Positions 61,394 through 64,000 of a DNA stretch of 64,000 nt are shown in pieces. A program made the position numbers and the translations under genes. Each line of letters opens with the position of its first letter. The first letter of the stretch is position 1. The notes beneath the pieces are model-generated. The model had not been told where the DNA came from. It did no database searches and was given only the letters and a program-made list of their open reading frames with translations. This stretch comes from a virus (lineage: Duplodnaviria; Caudoviricetes): positions 20,097 to 84,096 of IMG/VR virus record IMGVR_UViG_2898615884_000001; one strand, 5' to 3'.

Positions 61394-61906
61394 ATGGAAA
61401 CCAGACCCGACCCCGCCCGGGTCCGGCTCGCCGAGCACATGGACGAGCGCCGCCGCGACCTGGGAAGGCAGCGGGGGGAGCGGTTCAGCTGGGACGAGGT
61501 CGCCGTCAAAGCCGGTCTCCACCGCGAGACCCTCCGCAACATCCGCCTGCACGGGCGCCCCATGCGAGACACCACGAAAGACGGCATAGAAGACGCCCTG
61601 CAATGGGAGCGCGGCAGCATCGACGCGATCCTGCAGGGCGGCGATCCCACGCCGGCCGGACCGGCAGCGGAGGACTCCCTCGACCGCCTCGACCGCCTCT
61701 TCCATGAACGGAAGAGCGACCCGAGCGTCCGGGCCCGGCTCGAAGCGACGCTGGAAGACGACTCGCGCAAGGACGGGCACGAAACGCCCCAGGAGCGCCT
61801 GGAGCGCTTGGACCGGCTGTGGCGGCTGTGGCGCGACGACCAGGGAGAGCGCGGCACCGTGCTACGTGGACTACTCGAAACCTGGGGCGACAGTGAGGCG
61901 AGCTGA
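61394..61906 (+). CDS. Immunity repressor (CI-like)
   Basis: RLAEHMDERRRDLG...SWDEVAVKAGLHRETLRNI...IEDALQWERGSI. Confidence 0.8.
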   Translation: METRPDPARVRLAEHMDERRRDLGRQRGERFSWDEVAVKAGLHRETLRNIRLHGRPMRDTTKDGIEDALQWERGSIDAILQGGDPTPAGPAAEDSLDRLDRLFHERKSDPSVRARLEATLEDDSRKDGHETPQERLERLDRLWRLWRDDQGERGTVLRGLLETWGDSEAS

Positions 61907-62126
61907 ACCAAGCGTGCAAGTCGGTGAAAGTTTCAGATAGTGAGAATGTTCCACCCAGTGGAACGTCTCCGCCCTGCTGCAATCTGAACCGGTCCAACGG
62001 AGGATGTGTAATCACAACCGAACAAGCCGGGAAGTTTCCACGCTGAGCGACCCCGCCAGGCAAAAAATGCCTTCAGCGAGGACCCCCCCCCCGCAATTTC
62101 AGAAAGCGAAAGGGGTCAGCGCGCGT

Positions 62127-62570
62127 ATGTGCTCACACGACCAGGAGACCATCACCTTCAACGCCGACCAGGCCACCACCAGCATGCGTTCCGCCGCCAC
62201 CGGCGCAGGCATCGCCATGGTCATCCTCGGCCCCGTCGGCATGGCCATCGCCCTCACAGCCGGTGGACAGCTCGCAGACGTCCGCGCCGCCTACCTCGCC
62301 GGCGTCTGCTGCATCCTCCTGGCAGGCCACATGGTCGTCGCCGTCGGCACGCGCCTGGGCGCCCTCACCCTCCTCCGCCACCAGCTGGCGATGGAGCGCC
62401 TCGCCGAGCAGGAACACGCCGCCCTCCGAGGAGAGATCGACGGCCTCAAAGAGCTGATGGCGCACCTCCACGACAGCCAGGAGCGGCAGATCGAGCTGAT
62501 CGGGGACTACCTCGAAGACCAACTCCGCCCCCGCCGGTACGAGCACCACAACGGCCACCGCCACAACTGA
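62127..62570 (+). CDS. Two-TM membrane protein with coiled coil (start uncertain: 62004, 62067 or 62127)
   Basis: Two hydrophobic helices, heptad C-terminus, located between repressor and integrase. Confidence 0.6.
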   Translation: MCSHDQETITFNADQATTSMRSAATGAGIAMVILGPVGMAIALTAGGQLADVRAAYLAGVCCILLAGHMVVAVGTRLGALTLLRHQLAMERLAEQEHAALRGEIDGLKELMAHLHDSQERQIELIGDYLEDQLRPRRYEHHNGHRHN

Positions 62571-62599
62571 GCGGACCACCTCCCCGCGGAGACACCCTC

Positions 62600-64000
62600 A
62601 TGGCCCCCAAAGGCACCGTGTACAAGCGGTGCGGCTGCAAGGACCCGGACACCGGCAAGCCCCTCAACGGCCGGTGCCCGGGCCTGGCCGGCCGCAAGCA
62701 TGGAACGTGGACGATCGACGTCCACATCGACACCACCGCCAAGGCAGGCCGCCGGCTGAAACGCGGCGGATACCAGACCAAGACCAAAGGCGAGGCGGCC
62801 CTGGACACGATCCGGGACCTCATCAAGCTCGCGGCCGACGACGACCGGTCCCGCCGTAGGATCGGCGACCTGATCTTCACAGCGACCAAACGCGGCGGCG
62901 CCCTCCCCACCCCCACAGAGATCCGGCGACGACTCGGTGTGGGAGCAGAGCTAGCCGCACCCTCGACTACCGTCGCTGAATGGCTGAACGAATGGTTCGC
63001 TGGGAGACTCGACCTGAAGAGGTCGACCAAAAACGGCTACCGGCACACCATTGATAAGTTCTTGATCCCGCTGCTAGGAGATCTTCCCCGCGACAAGCTC
63101 ACTGTGGAGCACATAGTGGGGATGTTCGATCGGATCGGCGAGTGGAACGAGGAGATAGTCGCTGCCCGCAAGGAAGGGCGCTCGTACGACCTACCTGACG
63201 ATGTCCGGCAACGAAAACGCTTCGTCGGTATCGCAACCCAGCACCGGATCCTGGCAACGCTCAGCTCGGCCTACAGCGACGCCGTCCTCCGCCCCGGGAT
63301 GCTCGACTGGAACCCGGCCAAGGCGGTCAGACTGCCCCCAGAGAAGCGCGATCCCCGTCGAGTGTGGGGGCCTGAGCAGGTCGGTCAGTTCATCCGGGCC
63401 ACGGCAACGGACCGCCTGGGCCTGCTTTACCGCATCGTGCTCCTGCGTGGCCTGCGTCGCGGAGAGGTGTGCGGGTTGCGGTGGCAGGATCTAGATAGCG
63501 ACGACGGTGGCGCCAAGATCGTCCAGACCATTCTGGAGATCAGGGGTGAGATCGTCGCGGACACTCCCAAGTCGGACGCGGGGGAGCGCTGGGTGGCATT
63601 TGATGCTGAAACCGTGGAGCTGATCCGTGGTCTGCGCCGCGCCAGAAGGCGGGAGCGGTTCGCCGCAGGTCAGAACTGGCAGGAACATGATCTGATGTTT
63701 TGTCAGGAGGACGGCGCCCCACTGCGCCCGTCGCAGGTGTCGGCTTCATTCCAGCAGCATGCCGCGCTCGCTGGGCTGCCCGTGATCACCTTGCATGAGG
63801 GGCGGCACACCGCTGCGACCCTGGCGCTGGAGTCGAGTCTGGACATCAAGATCGTGTCCGATCAGCTCGGCCACTCCTCGACGACCATCACGCAGAATCT
63901 CTATACGCATGTGCGGAAGGTCATCCACAAGGAGGCCGCCGCGCAGGTCGTGCGGATCCTGTCGGGGGCGTCGACGTCGGCGCCAGCTTCGGAATCATGA
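62600..64000 (+). CDS. int: Tyrosine integrase
   Basis: GLRRGEVCGLRWQD, LHEGRHTAAT, LGHSS...YTHV catalytic motifs; stop at 63998-64000. Confidence 0.96.
   Translation: MAPKGTVYKRCGCKDPDTGKPLNGRCPGLAGRKHGTWTIDVHIDTTAKAGRRLKRGGYQTKTKGEAALDTIRDLIKLAADDDRSRRRIGDLIFTATKRGGALPTPTEIRRRLGVGAELAAPSTTVAEWLNEWFAGRLDLKRSTKNGYRHTIDKFLIPLLGDLPRDKLTVEHIVGMFDRIGEWNEEIVAARKEGRSYDLPDDVRQRKRFVGIATQHRILATLSSAYSDAVLRPGMLDWNPAKAVRLPPEKRDPRRVWGPEQVGQFIRATATDRLGLLYRIVLLRGLRRGEVCGLRWQDLDSDDGGAKIVQTILEIRGEIVADTPKSDAGERWVAFDAETVELIRGLRRARRRERFAAGQNWQEHDLMFCQEDGAPLRPSQVSASFQQHAALAGLPVITLHEGRHTAATLALESSLDIKIVSDQLGHSSTTITQNLYTHVRKVIHKEAAAQVVRILSGASTSAPASES

Larger units (their letters stand above)
1..64000. mobile_element. 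Integrated temperate siphovirus (prophage) with embedded conjugative-transfer module; extends beyond the left edge
   Basis: Contiguous integrase, CI/Cro/Xis, recombination, replication, terminase, portal, capsid, tail and tape-measure genes, with no host housekeeping genes. Confidence 0.95.

Noticed and set aside
63900-64000. att site or tRNA target next to the integrase
   Set aside because: The window ends at the integrase stop; no tRNA or att core is visible.
1-64000. tRNA, rRNA, riboswitch, reverse transcriptase/DGR, transposase or lysis cassette
   Set aside because: No supporting motifs or structures recognised; lysis genes probably lie beyond the left edge.

Overview
The whole 64-kb window reads as one integrated, very GC-rich actinomycete temperate siphovirus. 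Host is inferred as a filamentous actinomycete from the gene families. From right to left: a tyrosine integrase ending at base 64000, a CI/Cro/Xis switch, a leftward early region (RecE-like nuclease, putative annealing protein, WhiB, DUF5131), a second regulatory switch driving a 'WFKVDD'-type replication initiator and many small early genes, an imiditide/pamtide-like peptide plus PIMT-like methyltransferase pair, a small rightward island, a complete rightward Streptomyces-plasmid-type transfer operon (TraA-like, FtsK-like TraB, clt-like repeats, Spd-like genes) divergent from a ribbon-helix-helix regulator and a second iteron-containing initiator, a probable small terminase, late regulators, and the leftward virion operon (TerL, portal-MuF fusion, Mu-like protease/scaffold, cement, capsid, connectors, tail tube, chaperones, tape measure running off the left edge). 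Lysis genes, distal tail genes and att sites are outside the window. The main highlight is a phage that seems to carry its own conjugation machinery and a second replicon. All family and DUF names come from motif recognition by eye, with no database search.
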